The notes below the pieces were generated by a model that ran no database searches, was not told where the DNA came from, and saw only the letters and a program-made list of their open reading frames with translations. Positions 51,901-64,000 of a DNA stretch of 64,000 bases are shown here, piece after piece. The translations under genes were made by a program, and so were the position numbers. This DNA comes from Azolla caroliniana (lineage: Eukaryota > Plantae > Polypodiophyta): NCBI GenBank assembly GCA_043228905.1, contig JBHGNT010000008.1, positions 13,640,001 to 13,704,000 of the forward strand, in the 5' to 3' direction. Position 1 is the first letter of the stretch. Every line of letters starts with the position of its first letter.

Positions 51901-54900
51901 CTATTCATCATGACAGTTTTAGGTACCATGAGTTCAGATTGCCTTTTGACTCAGACAAAGTTCTGGTATTAGCATTGTTTGTCTGACTGATTCCATGCTA
52001 TATTCAAGTATTGAATGATGCTTTTCTTGAAATGGGATTTAATATCATGAATGTAATTTCTCACCTTAGGTTATGCTTTGTGGATAAAAAAATAACTAGT
52101 GTATGGTAGAGTATTTAGATTCTCAAGCTTTTATATACCTTCAGTTTTGTTGTCTAAGAATTCCGTTATGGTTCTATCTCTAATTCTCTTTATAGGTGGA
52201 GCACATGCTCAATGATCGGTTGGTGAAGTTTACCAGCGTTGATCTTCAGGATGTAAAGGTGACTGGAAGTTCATTTGCTTTAATATAAATGCTGTTTGGT
52301 AGTCAAGCTGCATTTCTAAAGCAGAGGAATGTTATTTCAAGAGTTTATTTTGTATATCTAGTGTGATTATTTTTATTTACTTAAATTTGAAAGAAACAAT
52401 CTTACACTATCCATGTAGCAGAGAATAGAGGCATTGAATGAAGAAAAATAAGGTAGAAGCTTCATATTAAGCAAAATAAGATAAAGGTTTCCAACAAAGC
52501 CAAGTGAGTGAGAATCCTGGAACAATGTGGGAGACAGTCATGTGTGATCATGATAAGGTTTAAAAGAGGGCTTCACTGTCCATACCCAAATAGAAGAATA
52601 AATTGGTGGGTGAAGGCTAATATTAGCTGTCCCAGTTATTTTTCTGTACACTGCGTTTATGGCCAGATATGACAACAAGTGTCCTTCATTATGAGGAGTA
52701 TAGTATTTCTCTTGCTGTCACTAATGCAAAATCCAACTGGATTTAACACCTTATGTGTGAGTTGTATTTCAAACGGGAAGCTATTCAATAATGTTTGATG
52801 TCAGATGAATATTATTTTTTGATTGCACCATAGCTGCTTTGACTTGGATATGGAGCTATAAAGGCTCAGCTAACTATACTCTATCTGTAAAAGAACTTTT
52901 CATGGTCCTATTGATAAGCGGATCATCATCAAAACATTCTGCTACTTGGTTTTTGCTTCAGCTTAGAGGCTTGGCTTTTGATTTTGGGAAATGGTTGATA
53001 TCATCAATATTACTAGATCTCACACAACAGTATTGTGGTAAATATTTTTGTTTATATATTAAAATATCCAGGAAGTCCGTAAGCGTTTTGACAAGGCGAA
53101 TCTGCACTATGATCAGGTTAATGTTAATGATCTCTTTAGAATTTTCTCTTCCTAAACTTGTATGCATGGAGTCTTCTGTTTCTCTAATTGTGAAGGTGTT
53201 GGCAGGCTCGTGAGAAGTTCCTTTCCTTGAAGAAAGGAACAAAGATAGACATAGTTGTTGAGGCCGAAGAGGTAGAGGCCTTTACCATGGCCTGAATGGA
53301 TTTGTGAGAAGTTGAAATAGATATTTTCATTCACTTGCCTTTTCATGCGTAAAACGACTTGCAGGACCTTCGAAATGCGAGATCAGCTTTTGAGCAAGCA
53401 CGCTTCAATCTAGTATGTATGATTCAGATCACTAGTCCACATTTCTAGCTATAATTTGTGTAGGTCCATTTTTTAACATATAATTGACATATCTAATATA
53501 TGGATACAAGTCCCCATATTTCTTACCCTCTGAGAAAACCACAGGTTACTGCTCTATCTAATATTGAAGCTAAGAAGAAATTTGAATTTCTGGAGTCTGT
53601 CAGTGGAATGATGGATGCACATCTTAGGTATTTCAAGCAGGTAGTACAATCTGTATATTTTCTTACAGCTCATAACTAATTTTTTTGTGCATGGTATAAT
53701 ATTTTGTCAGATTTATCATACAGGGTTATGAGTTGCTTCATCAAATGGAACCATATATTCATCAGGTGGGTTTGTTTTGTTCCTTGATTTGTAGATAACA
53801 TTTTGCAATGGGGATCCATATTTATTGACTGATATTATGTTGCTTCTTTTCACATTTCTGTGCAGTTTAAAAATGTCATTAAATAGAAGTATATGAGTAT
53901 GAAAACAAACAATTCCTTTTATGCTTTTTTGGATTTAGGTTTTAACATTTGCTCAACAGTCTCGGGAGCGGGCCAACTATGAACAAGCAGCACTAGCTGA
54001 CAGAATGCAAGAATTCCGTCGACAGATGGACAGAGATAATCAACATTCATTATCTGATGTAGACTCGTCATCATCTGGAGATGGTATTCATACTGTTGGT
54101 CGGAGCTCACATAAGATGATAGAAGCAGTTATGCAATCAACATTAAAAGGAAAGGTAACATAATTAAATTCTTTTTGGATTCCTTTGTTTATGGAGGTCA
54201 ACATTTCATTATGTCCTTGTATTGGTATTGCACACATCTTTGTTATTTACAATGGGCATGAGCTCAAAAGGATGATTCACTTTATGGAATGGTTATCTTA
54301 GATTGATAATATTATGTATATAAATAAGTAAATTTTCTACAATGAAAGGCAGGAATATTAGTAGAAAATTTATTAGGCTATTTTAATTAATATTATAATT
54401 TATAAGAATATAAATAAGTAAATGTAGTCAAAACATGGATTTTCCGAGTTGAATGTGGTAAAGGTTAATGATCTAAATGGGAACTGTCAGTATATTCTGC
54501 CATTTCAAGATCTCTAGCCTTATAATCTGAAGAGAACTTGAATTATAGGTTCAAATAATCAAGCAAGGCTATCTTCTGAAACGTTCTTCAAGTGTCCGTG
54601 GAGATTGGAAGAGAAGATTTTTTGTACTTGATAGTCATGGAATCTTATACTACTACCGCAAACACTGGGAAAAACTGACGGTAAGCCAACTCATCTTCAA
54701 TTATAATTATTGAATATCTTCATCACATGTGGTTGCCACCCAGTATTTTCATCAATTGAATATCTTTATCATTTATCATTGCCAACCAAAATTTCCATTT
54801 TTGTCACTGTTTTGAATGCTCTGTATACCAGGATGAGAAGACTATAGGACACAATACTGTTGATTTGCTTACATCTACCATCAAAGTTGATGCGGAGCAG

Positions 54901-57900
54901 AAAGATTTGCGATTTTGTTTCAGAATTATTTCTCCAACAAAGAATTATACACTTCAGGCAGGCATTATAAAATTCTTCACCCCAAATTGAACTTGTCTAT
55001 GACGCAGATTGTTTACTTTGTCTAACCATGTCTTTCCATTGTACAGGCAGAGAGTGCAATTGATCGAGTGGATTGGATAGACAAAGTAGCTGGTGTAATT
55101 GCGTCATTACTCAATTCTCAAATACATAACCAGGTTGCACAATCAACTGCCCATATAATCATAGTTCATCAGTTCTCTTTGTCCAACAAAACTGATCTGG
55201 CATATTATGGTCTAGGGAGGTGGTAGCCAGAGACTTTCAAGAAGCTCCATGGATAGTTGTCACCAACAAACTGCTAGTGAGAGCAGTTCGATGTCTTCAG
55301 ACATTGATCATATTGCATTTGAGGACTCTGCAACATCAAGAAGCTCTCTTCCAAACCCTCAGGACTGCATGCAAAGCTCTTCAGAGATCCAGGAAAGGCC
55401 TATTGATTTGCTGAGAAGAGTTTCAGGAAATGATATTTGTGCTGATTGCGGCTCTTCCGATCCAGATTGGGCCTCTTTGAACTTATGCATTTTATTGTGC
55501 ATTGAATGTTCTGGTGTCCATCGCAACCTTGGTGTGCATATTTCAAAGGTATTTGTTTAAAGTACACACCATGCTGCTTTCTGTTGTATATGCATTACCT
55601 TGGAAGAATGTACTACCTTTGTTATGGTATTTTGTTATTTTTTTCATACAAATAACAAGAAGGATAAGATGCATATGTACATAAGCAGTTGTTGGATGAT
55701 TATGAGGGCAAAAAGAAATCCATGCTCATTCAGAACAATGTATATATGAGGAGCAAAGAATATTGTGGAAACTTAACAAGAAATTTATACAGTAATAGCA
55801 TACACGATGCTGTAATTTTGTAGGGGCTTCTACTTTTTTTTTGTGTCTACATACATAATAAAACATAATGACAGATTTCTTCAAAGGTGAAAGTTTGTTT
55901 GACAAGTTAACATAAGCAATTGTAATTTTAGGTGTCATAGGCCATTATAGTATTTTAGAGATGTTGGTATATCTCTCTTTTTGACTTGTTGAACTAAAGC
56001 TTTGCAATGATAATCTGCAAAGGAACTTCCTTTGTGCATTTTTCCTGTCCATTATTATGTTTTTTAATTGACTGTCAAAGTAGAGTGCCATAAAACAATT
56101 GGGTAAACTTGTGACTTATGGTATTTTTTAGCTTGTATGAAGTGTTATTTGATTTATGAATCAGTCTTAGGTTTGAAATAATGCCAATGCTTTGACTTCA
56201 TAAAACAAAGTTTCTTTGCTGGAATTTATTTTACTTTTGCATGTTATTTGGATTGTTTATATGTACTTCTATGATATACGTTGAGCAGGTGAGTTCATCA
56301 ATGCCAGATGTAAAGGTTTTCTTTTCTAAATGTTGAGGATTTCATACATCCACTTTTGCCATATGTTTTGAGCAGGTGCGGTCTTTAACCCTAGATGTAA
56401 AAGTTTGGGAACCGTCTGTTATCAATCTCTTTCAGTCTATTGGAAACAACTTTGCAAATAGTATTTGGGAGGAGTGCTTCTGTGATGGGGAAAAGATTGA
56501 TGATGTGCCTAGTACTAATGAAAGGTACAACATTTGTGTTGTCAAGCAATATTTCTTTAGCTGTTGCACTCTTACCAAATAATCTATCTTGAAGTATGTA
56601 TTTTGGATTGTGGCATACCCATGTGATGTGTCAATTATGCATATGTACTGTGGACCCCTAGGGTGTCCACAACCCATCTGAAACTCTAGAATGCGCCAAA
56701 AAGTAGACTATGAATCCCGAAGAATCTGTTGAATCTAATTTGAATGACCTAGGTGTTGCATGGAAATTGAGTCGGATACCGTATGGACCTAGTTGATGAT
56801 GCTTTTAAGTCTTCACTTGAGTTGATAATCTGTGAAATCCTTAATCATAGAGTTTGTTTGCAGGAATCACCTGAATGAAGAACTACCAAGAGGGACAATT
56901 TTTAAGCCTGAGGCAAGAGACCCATTGTCAATAAAAGAGAAATATATACATTCCAAGGTAACGTGCTTCCTTCTGAAATGCCCTGAAAATAGAAAAAGAG
57001 TTTCAATAGAATCAGGCCAAATGTACTCAAAACCAGTCCATTACAATCAATACAAAGATAATATCATGATGTATAAAGAATTAGTTTCGTGCTAAAGAAT
57101 TGCTGCTATAAAAATTATTGCTCCCATTGCCCTGTAAGCCAGAGGTGAGGAATTCAACTCCCACCCTGCCAATGGTTGCGGTTAAATGGCATACCCTAAA
57201 GTCCTATTTACATGTAGGAATTTGAGAGCTAAATATATGCTAAAAAAGACAGCCAAAATTTCAAGATCAATTGTGAATGAATTATATGCTAGCAGCTATA
57301 GATGATTAAATTTAATCAACATCTAAAGTTATAAGCAGCAACTGTGAAACATTTGTATTGTTGAGTAGTATTGCTTTTAAATTTTAGTGAAAATATCAAT
57401 TACATTTTCGTTTTAGGAGCATAATGAACTAGTGGATATTATAATGATGGTGAATCTCAATATTGCCTTAACTCTTTGGCGACCATCTGAGTGAATAGTT
57501 GTCTATCAGTTGGAGTCATATTAATACATTGAAGTTTTCTAAGAAAAATAAACTGCTATGTAATAACTTATTTGATTTCTGTTGTGAGTCATACATCAAT
57601 CGAAAGCGCTGATGCCAATTGCTTCAAATATATTCTGAATACTTTTTTACATCTGCAGTATGCCGAAAAACGTTTTGTCTTCAGAAACAAGAATCATGAA
57701 CGAGCGATAAATGTCAGCCACAAAATCTGGAATGCAGTTGAATCAAATGATAAACATGCTGTATATGGTCTCATTGTGTGTTTTGATGCTGATGTCAATA
57801 CAACTTACGAAGAAGGCACACTAACCAATGAAGTGGTAGAGCCTGAACTAATTTCATCATCAGGAAGTAGCAGCCCAAAGAATTCTCATAGTTCAACAGA

Positions 57901-58481
57901 TGTCGTCTATGAAAACATTATTCCAAATCTTGAGAAAGCTTCCTTGTCAATCAGCACACTAGATTTATCAAAGTATGGTTGGACACTTCTACATTTAGCA
58001 TGTTATGGGGATGACTTGGGTATGATAGAACTCTTATTGCAGTATGGTTCTCATATAAATGCCTGCGACAGTTTGGGCAGGACACCATTGCATCATTGCA
58101 TACTACATCGACGAAACACGATTGCAAAGCTTTTGCTGACAAGGTATTTCTTGATATATTTATGTATATATGTATATGACACAACATATTTTTGGGGTAA
58201 AACACCAATATACTGAACTTTATTTTTGGGATTCTTGTAAATATTGAAAAAGTTAGGTGTTTTTGATGTTTTCCCATTCTTTAAATAAAGATCATTTTGA
58301 AATGCATAATAGAATGAGAGCTTGCCATAGTAACATAACGCTAAAGATTTTTTAAACTAAAAATTTCAGAGGCGCAAATCCGGCAGCTGTGGATAAGAAT
58401 GGAAAGACACCACTACAAACAGCCGTGGAAATGGGTGCTTTAACTGATGAAGAGTTATTTTTGATGCTTGATCAGATTTGA
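39945..58481 (+). CDS. ACAP-type ARF GTPase-activating protein (BAR-PH-ArfGAP-ankyrin), AGD1-4/VAN3 family
   Basis: Exons 39945-39989, 49276-49352, 49720-49820, 51095-51165, 52196-52258, 53072-53116, 53206-53271, 53365-53412, 53545-53640, 53724-53765, 53939-54154, 54549-54680, 54832-54957, 55047-55133, 55216-55548, 56376-56524, 56864-56957, 57659-58143 and 58370-58481 join in frame. Motifs [25 protein letters not shown]...[14 protein letters not shown]...WASLNL...[27 protein letters not shown]. Confidence 0.93.
42258..43923. mobile_element. Solo LTR (1666 bp) inserted in the LINE 3' region
   Basis: Termini tgtcgcga...tcacgaca. 4-bp TSD acga/acgg. The flanks rejoin colinearly with the neighbouring LINE repeat unit. 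Confidence 0.8.
42520..43045. repeat. Tandem repeat, 5 x ~105 bp, inside the solo LTR
   Basis: tttatgaggaggagagg recurs at 42545, 42649, 42755, 42860 and 42964. Confidence 0.95.
44192..44551. repeat. Tandem duplication, 2 x 180 bp, in the LINE
   Basis: catgcaattctaggaagttg at 44192 and 44372, near-identical copies. Confidence 0.92.
51421..51903. mobile_element. hAT-type MITE in ArfGAP intron 4
   Basis: 13-bp TIR taggtatgggccc / gggcccatagcta. 8-bp TSD ttcatgat/ttcatcat. Internal aaacca/aaactg subterminal repeats. Confidence 0.85.
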
Positions 58482-59893
58482 TAGTTGAGTAGTGAAATCA
58501 TGTTCATTAAGTGTTCCATGTGTGTGTATTAGCCAATTGTATGCGGAACCATGAAGAAAGCTTCAAGTGGTATTTTGACCATAGGGATTCAATGGTGGTC
58601 CATTACAGCTTGTGTTTCATACCATTGACTATGCCGTTCTTCAATATTTTCAGAGGTACAAAGAAGAAAAGCAGAATGTGGTCAGGCTGATTGGGTGTAT
58701 TCTCTACTCCGATATGAGCTCATTTTAGGTCTCTGAAGTTACCACCTTGATGTTTGCTCTGGTTGAGCACACTATCAATTCTTTGAAACTCATGAGATTA
58801 TGGAATCATTGTTTGTTGTTACCATGATGTATTTTTTTCCTTAACACAGTTAGTCCCTTGTCTATAGATGGCAAGAGGCAAAACATGGGATTCGTTTAAA
58901 TACTAGTTTAAATCATGACTCCCAAGTTTAGGGTGAATTTATGCTTGAATTCTTGTGCATCTCTCGTACTTCATTGTTATTTTACATGATTCTTGATTAG
59001 TAGTAAGACGGCACCATCTTATTGAGACCATCAAAAACTATTTTCTTCATCAGCTCTCAAGTTTGCATCTCTAGCTGGTTTTTTTGTGCCTGAAATCTTT
59101 AGATAGAAATCAGCTAGAGATGGAACATATTTATGTAAATGGTAATATCTATACACATGTATTTACGTATATATATATGTCCATACAATTGATGGCTTAG
59201 TTTTGATCCTTGTAAATATATTGTCAGACTTGTATCTACTTCTAACATTTTGGTTTACTTTCCTATTATTGGTATAATTAAAGTTTCAGATTGACCTCCA
59301 CATCCCAAAAATGATTATGTTCAATTCATGGACTCTTCTCCATTCCAGTTCATTGGGTTCCATTCCCTCATCTATTCAACTATTTGTTTGTTCTTATCTT
59401 ATGTAAACTCAAAAATGTGTTACATTACTCGAAACTAATATGTAACCTCATCAATTTGGGGATGTTAGATGAATGACAACAATTCTCTCTTGGTTATGTA
59501 ATGATCCAAAACTTCGAAATCTTATCATGCATAAGAAAATTCGGTAGGAAAACATTGGTGTAGAGTGGAGATTGGTTAGAAGAAACCACTTTTGACATAG
59601 ACAATTGTTGGTTAAATGCAAAAGGCCATTATCAACAATTCTTTTAACTTGATTAGTTGGTGTTTGATTGAAACCCTAAACCCTAAACCACCTTTTGCTT
59701 TTAAAAGGTACTTTCAATTGTTTGTGATTGGAAAGCATACCTTCTAAATTAGTGACTATGCCCAATGAGATAATATTGGCAACCATAATGCATGTTTTGG
59801 CAAAGTGTAGAGGATGGTAGATTCCCAATAGGACTCCAATGATTGTATCACATGCTTTTCTAAGTGATGTTCCTAGCACACAGCATTGAGAAT

Positions 59894-59962
59894 GGTCAAA
59901 GCTTGTATATGATGTTTGACTTCCATTAACTTGATGTCAAACATCATATACAAGCTTTGACC
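59894..59962. repeat. Perfect 27-bp inverted repeat with a 15-nt loop
   Basis: ggtcaaagcttgtatatgatgtttgac / gtcaaacatcatatacaagctttgacc. Confidence 0.95.
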
Positions 59963-60695
59963 CTAGTGCAAGGCTACGTGTTGAGCCTAGTTTCTACAAT
60001 GATGTCTTAAACCACTGCACCCATCTTGACAGTACCACCACTCCACCCCAGCTTTGCTCCCGACCATCATTCTGGTGAGTTGTGACAACCTTGGATAAGG
60101 TAGTAGTTGTAACCCCATAGGTCAATCACAAAATACACCTTGTAGAATATTTCCAAATTATGACGACCACATTGGTTGGAACAATTGCTTGACAACTTCA
60201 CCACCATTGTACTTGTTAATGTCGATTGAGCCCTCCAATTCTTGGAGAGCAGTGGATGACATTTTGACTTATAATTATTGAATTAATGTAAATCTATGGC
60301 ATGACCAACTATTCTTATGGAGGGGCCCAAGGAACAGACTATGATGTAATTGATGATTGTTAAGGAATATAGTAGTCGAATGTCCAACCAACTTTTGTCA
60401 TAGCCATAATTAGGACAAATGATCTATTGTCAACCTCCATTAAGTGGTGACCACCATCGGATTACGAATCAAAGATCTATAAACATAGATGCAATCTACC
60501 TAGTGTGTGACAATTGGACATTGCAAGATGAACAACATCATTGAGAACCACAAGAACTCATAGATATAATTTCCTTTTTTTCATAACATATACCCTTTCA
60601 CGTAGAATAATAATTTCACACTCACACATAATTGTATACATACAATTATGCGTAAATTATGCGCATACATGATAGTAATATATATAATATAAAGG

Positions 60696-63600
60696 TGTTA
60701 ATGTGTCCGGTCACTATTTTGTTTTTTCTTCTTTAATAATATTTATTATTAGTAGTAGTAAGAAACAAAACGAACGTTTTGTTTCTTTCTTTAGTAACTA
60801 GTACCCTTTCATTATTTCTTGAAAAGGGTAAATGTAAGTTACGTTTTTAGTGTATGTGTGTCTACAAAGAAAAAGAAGAAGGGGGAAAACAAAACAAAAC
60901 GACCGTTTTATTTTGAGAGGTATAAGAAGAAGAAAATGAGATAGAAGAGAGAGGGAGAGCGTGTGGAAAAGAGAGATATAGTGAAGAAGAGAGAACAAAA
61001 AACAAGGGTTGGTGCTCAACTCTTCTACCTTCCAACTCCACGTGAGATCAACACTCTTACTACTTCGACTTGTGGGCTTTCTTATCCGGGTTTTATTCTC
61101 TCTTCTCTTTCACTCATATGTTTGTGAGTTAGCTATCATTTGTTTGGATTATTGTACCCATCTTTGTCGGTAGTATTTTGCTACATATATCTACTTTTCT
61201 CTATTGTATCTAGAAGTAAGCTTGTATTTGTGTTGTATCCCCTTTCTTGATATTGGATTGTTTTGGACTTTGTCCCGTGGTGGTTTCTGTCATTGAGGGG
61301 GTTTCCACATTAAATCTTGTGTCATCTTTATTGTATCATTGTGTGTGTTTTGTGGTCTTTTTATTTGATCCTTACCTCATAATAATCGAGCATAACCGTG
61401 ACGTGTGTTACACTCTTACGTGTCTATACCTCAACAAGTGGTATGAAAGCGGAGGTTGTTTTTTTTTGCTCGATTATAAATTGAGGCAAACAATCAACAA
61501 TGGTTGTTTTAAATGGCATGAACTATAAAAAATGGAAAGTATTTTGCTACATATATCTACTTTTCTCTATTGTATCTAGAAGTAAAGCTTGTATTTGTGT
61601 TGTATCCCCTTTCTTGATATTGGATTGTTTTGGACTTTGTCCCGTGGTGGTTTTCGTCATTGAGGGGGTTTCCACATTAAATCTTGTGTCATCTTTATTG
61701 TATCATTGTGTGTGTTTTGTGGTCTTTTTATTTGATCCTTACCTCATAATAATCGAGCATAAACGTGACGTGTGTTACACTCTTACGTGTCTATACCTCA
61801 ACAAGTGGTATGAAAGCGGAGGTTGTTTTTTTTTTTGCTCGATTATAAATTGAGGCAAACAATCAACAATGGTTGTTTTAAATGGCATGAACTATCAAAA
61901 ATGGAAAGGAAAAATGAAACATTTACTTTTCTTTAAAAATTTGCATTTACCTGTGTTTGCGACGAAGAAACCTAAAAAGAAAAATGATGAGGAGTGGTGT
62001 TTTGAAAATGAACAACTGTGTGGTTTCATTCATCAATGGGTAGGAGATAATGTTTTGAATCATGTTGTGAATGAAACAAATGCAAAAACGTGGTGGAATA
62101 AATTAGAAACCTTATATGCTTCTAGAACCGGTAACAATAAGTTGTTTTTACTTAAACAAGTGATGCATTTGACTTATAAAGAAAATAACTCCATTTTTTA
62201 TCATTTAAATGATTTTCAAGGTTGTTTTGATCAATTGTCTAGTATGGGTATACATTTTGAAGAAGAAGTTCTTTCTTTATGGGTGCTAAATACTCATCCC
62301 GAGTCATGGGAAATGTTTAGGGTTACTCTAGCTAATACGGCTCCTAAGGGAGGTGTGACAATGGAATATGTGAAGAGTGGAATTCTAAATGAAGAAATGC
62401 GGCGGAGGATGCAAGGAACAACATCACACTCGGAAGCTTTGGTTGTTGAAAATAAAGTAAGAAGCCAAAACAAAAGTGATGGCCGAAACAACAAAGGTAG
62501 AAGTAGAAGTAAGTTAAGGTCTAGATATAAAGATTTAGTTTGTCATTTTTGTGGTAAGATAGGTTATATAAAGAAATATTGCTTCAAATGGAAGAAGGAG
62601 AATAAAGTGTCGAACTACATGAAAGATAAGAAGAATGTAAATGATAATATTGATTCTATTAATGTTGCTTCCTCTAATGATTTACTTGTTGTATGTAATA
62701 GGTACAATGAAATTAACATAAGTAGCTATGAAACCACTTGGGTTCTTGATAATGGTGCCTCCCACCATGTTACGTCTAGAAGGGATTTTTTCTCATCTTA
62801 CACTCCATGTGATTATTCTGTTATGAAGATGGGGAATGATGGATTCGCAAAGGTAATCGGCACAAGAACTATTCGCTTGCAAACCAACACGGGATTTAAG
62901 TTGATTCTACATCAAGTACAATACGTGCCCGATATTATATTGGATCTAATCTCTACAGGTACATTAGATGACAAGGGCTATAACCATGCGTCACAAAATG
63001 GTAAGTGGAAAATCTGTAAGAGTTCTTTGATTGTTGCTAAAGCTAATAAATGTTGTCACAATGGTTTATATCTTTTGCAACCTTCTATCTCTAATAACAT
63101 TGTCAATGCAGTTGTGAATCAAGATGTTTCAAAATTGTGGCATAAGAGATTGTCTCATATTAGTGAAAGGGGATTTAACTTTCTAGCTAAGAAGAATGTA
63201 TTGCCAAGTTTAAAAGATGTGAAATTAGATACATGTGATCATTGTTTTGTAGGGAAGGCTAAGTGGGTTTCCTTTAAGAAATCATCTGTTCGACAAGAAA
63301 GTGTTTTCGATCTAGTGCATTCTGATGTGTGTGGACCCTTGAAGGTAAGGTCAATAGGTGGAGCACTTTATTTTGTTACTTTAATTGATGATCAATCTAG
63401 GAAGCTTTGGGTTTGAATGTTGAAATTAAAAGATCAAGTATTTGATGTTTTTAAAGATTTTCATGTTTCTATTGAGAGAGAGAGAGGGAAGAAACTGAAA
63501 TGTATTTGCATCGATTATGGTGGCAAATAATGTGGATCTTTCGATGCATATTGTCGAGAGCAAGGTATCAAGCATCAAAGAAACCTGCTAAGACTCCCCA

Positions 63601-64000
63601 ATTAAATGGTTTGGCTGAAAGAAGGAACAAAACCCTAGTTGAAAGAGTTAGTTGCCTACTCTTAGATGCGAAGTTACCCAAATCATTTTGGGGTGAGGCT
63701 TTGAATATTGTTGCACATATAATTAATCTTTCTCTTACTACCGCATTGCAAGGTGATGTACCAAATAGAGTGTGGTATGGTAAGGATGTGTCTTATGATT
63801 ATTTATGTGTGTTTGGGTGTAAATGTTTTGTACATATACCCAAGGATGAAAGATCGAAGTTAGATGCTAAATCTAAAAAATGCCTTTTTATTGGATATGG
63901 TCAAGATGATTTTGGTTATAGGTGTTACGATCATGTGGGAAAGAAGCTTATTAGGAGTCGTGATGTAGTGTTCATCGAGGACCAAACCATTGAGGATATT
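60696..64000 (+). mobile_element. Ty1/copia element (Tork-like), 5' LTR through integrase, running off the right edge
   Basis: LTR end cctcaaca and degenerate PBS tggtatgaaagc. ORF 61869-63416 has gag, CCHC-like knuckle, WVLDNGAS and LVHSDVCGP. The LTR start at 60696 is tentative. Confidence 0.88.
61173..61905 (+). repeat. Tandem duplication, 2 x ~366 bp, covering LTR end, PBS and gag start
   Basis: gtattttgctacatatat at 61173 and 61539. Confidence 0.92.

Overview
Eukaryotic plant genomic DNA, most likely from a seed-free land plant. That placement is an inference from the Tcn1-like chromoviruses and an RTEX-like LINE. Most of the window is nested, degenerate retrotransposons: Ty3/gypsy chromoviruses, a second gypsy lineage, several Ty1/copia families, solo LTRs and a LINE. 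Two apparently intact spliced host genes lie on the + strand: a CRTISO-like FAD oxidoreductase (26909-30809, 9 exons) and an ACAP-type BAR-PH-ArfGAP-ankyrin gene of the AGD1-4/VAN3 family (39945-58481, 19 exons, 9.3-kb TE-filled first intron). Most notable: (1) antisense tRNA-like A-box/B-box modules in the LTRs of two different gypsy families; (2) a Tf1-like self-priming signature in the chromovirus; (3) a G_UUA_AAC slippery site plus pseudoknot at its gag/pol junction; (4) strong enrichment of the palindrome TAGTACTA in that element; (5) an inverted duplication of a gypsy-in-copia nest with shared inactivating stops. All coordinates were read by eye and may be off by a few bases. No searches were run.
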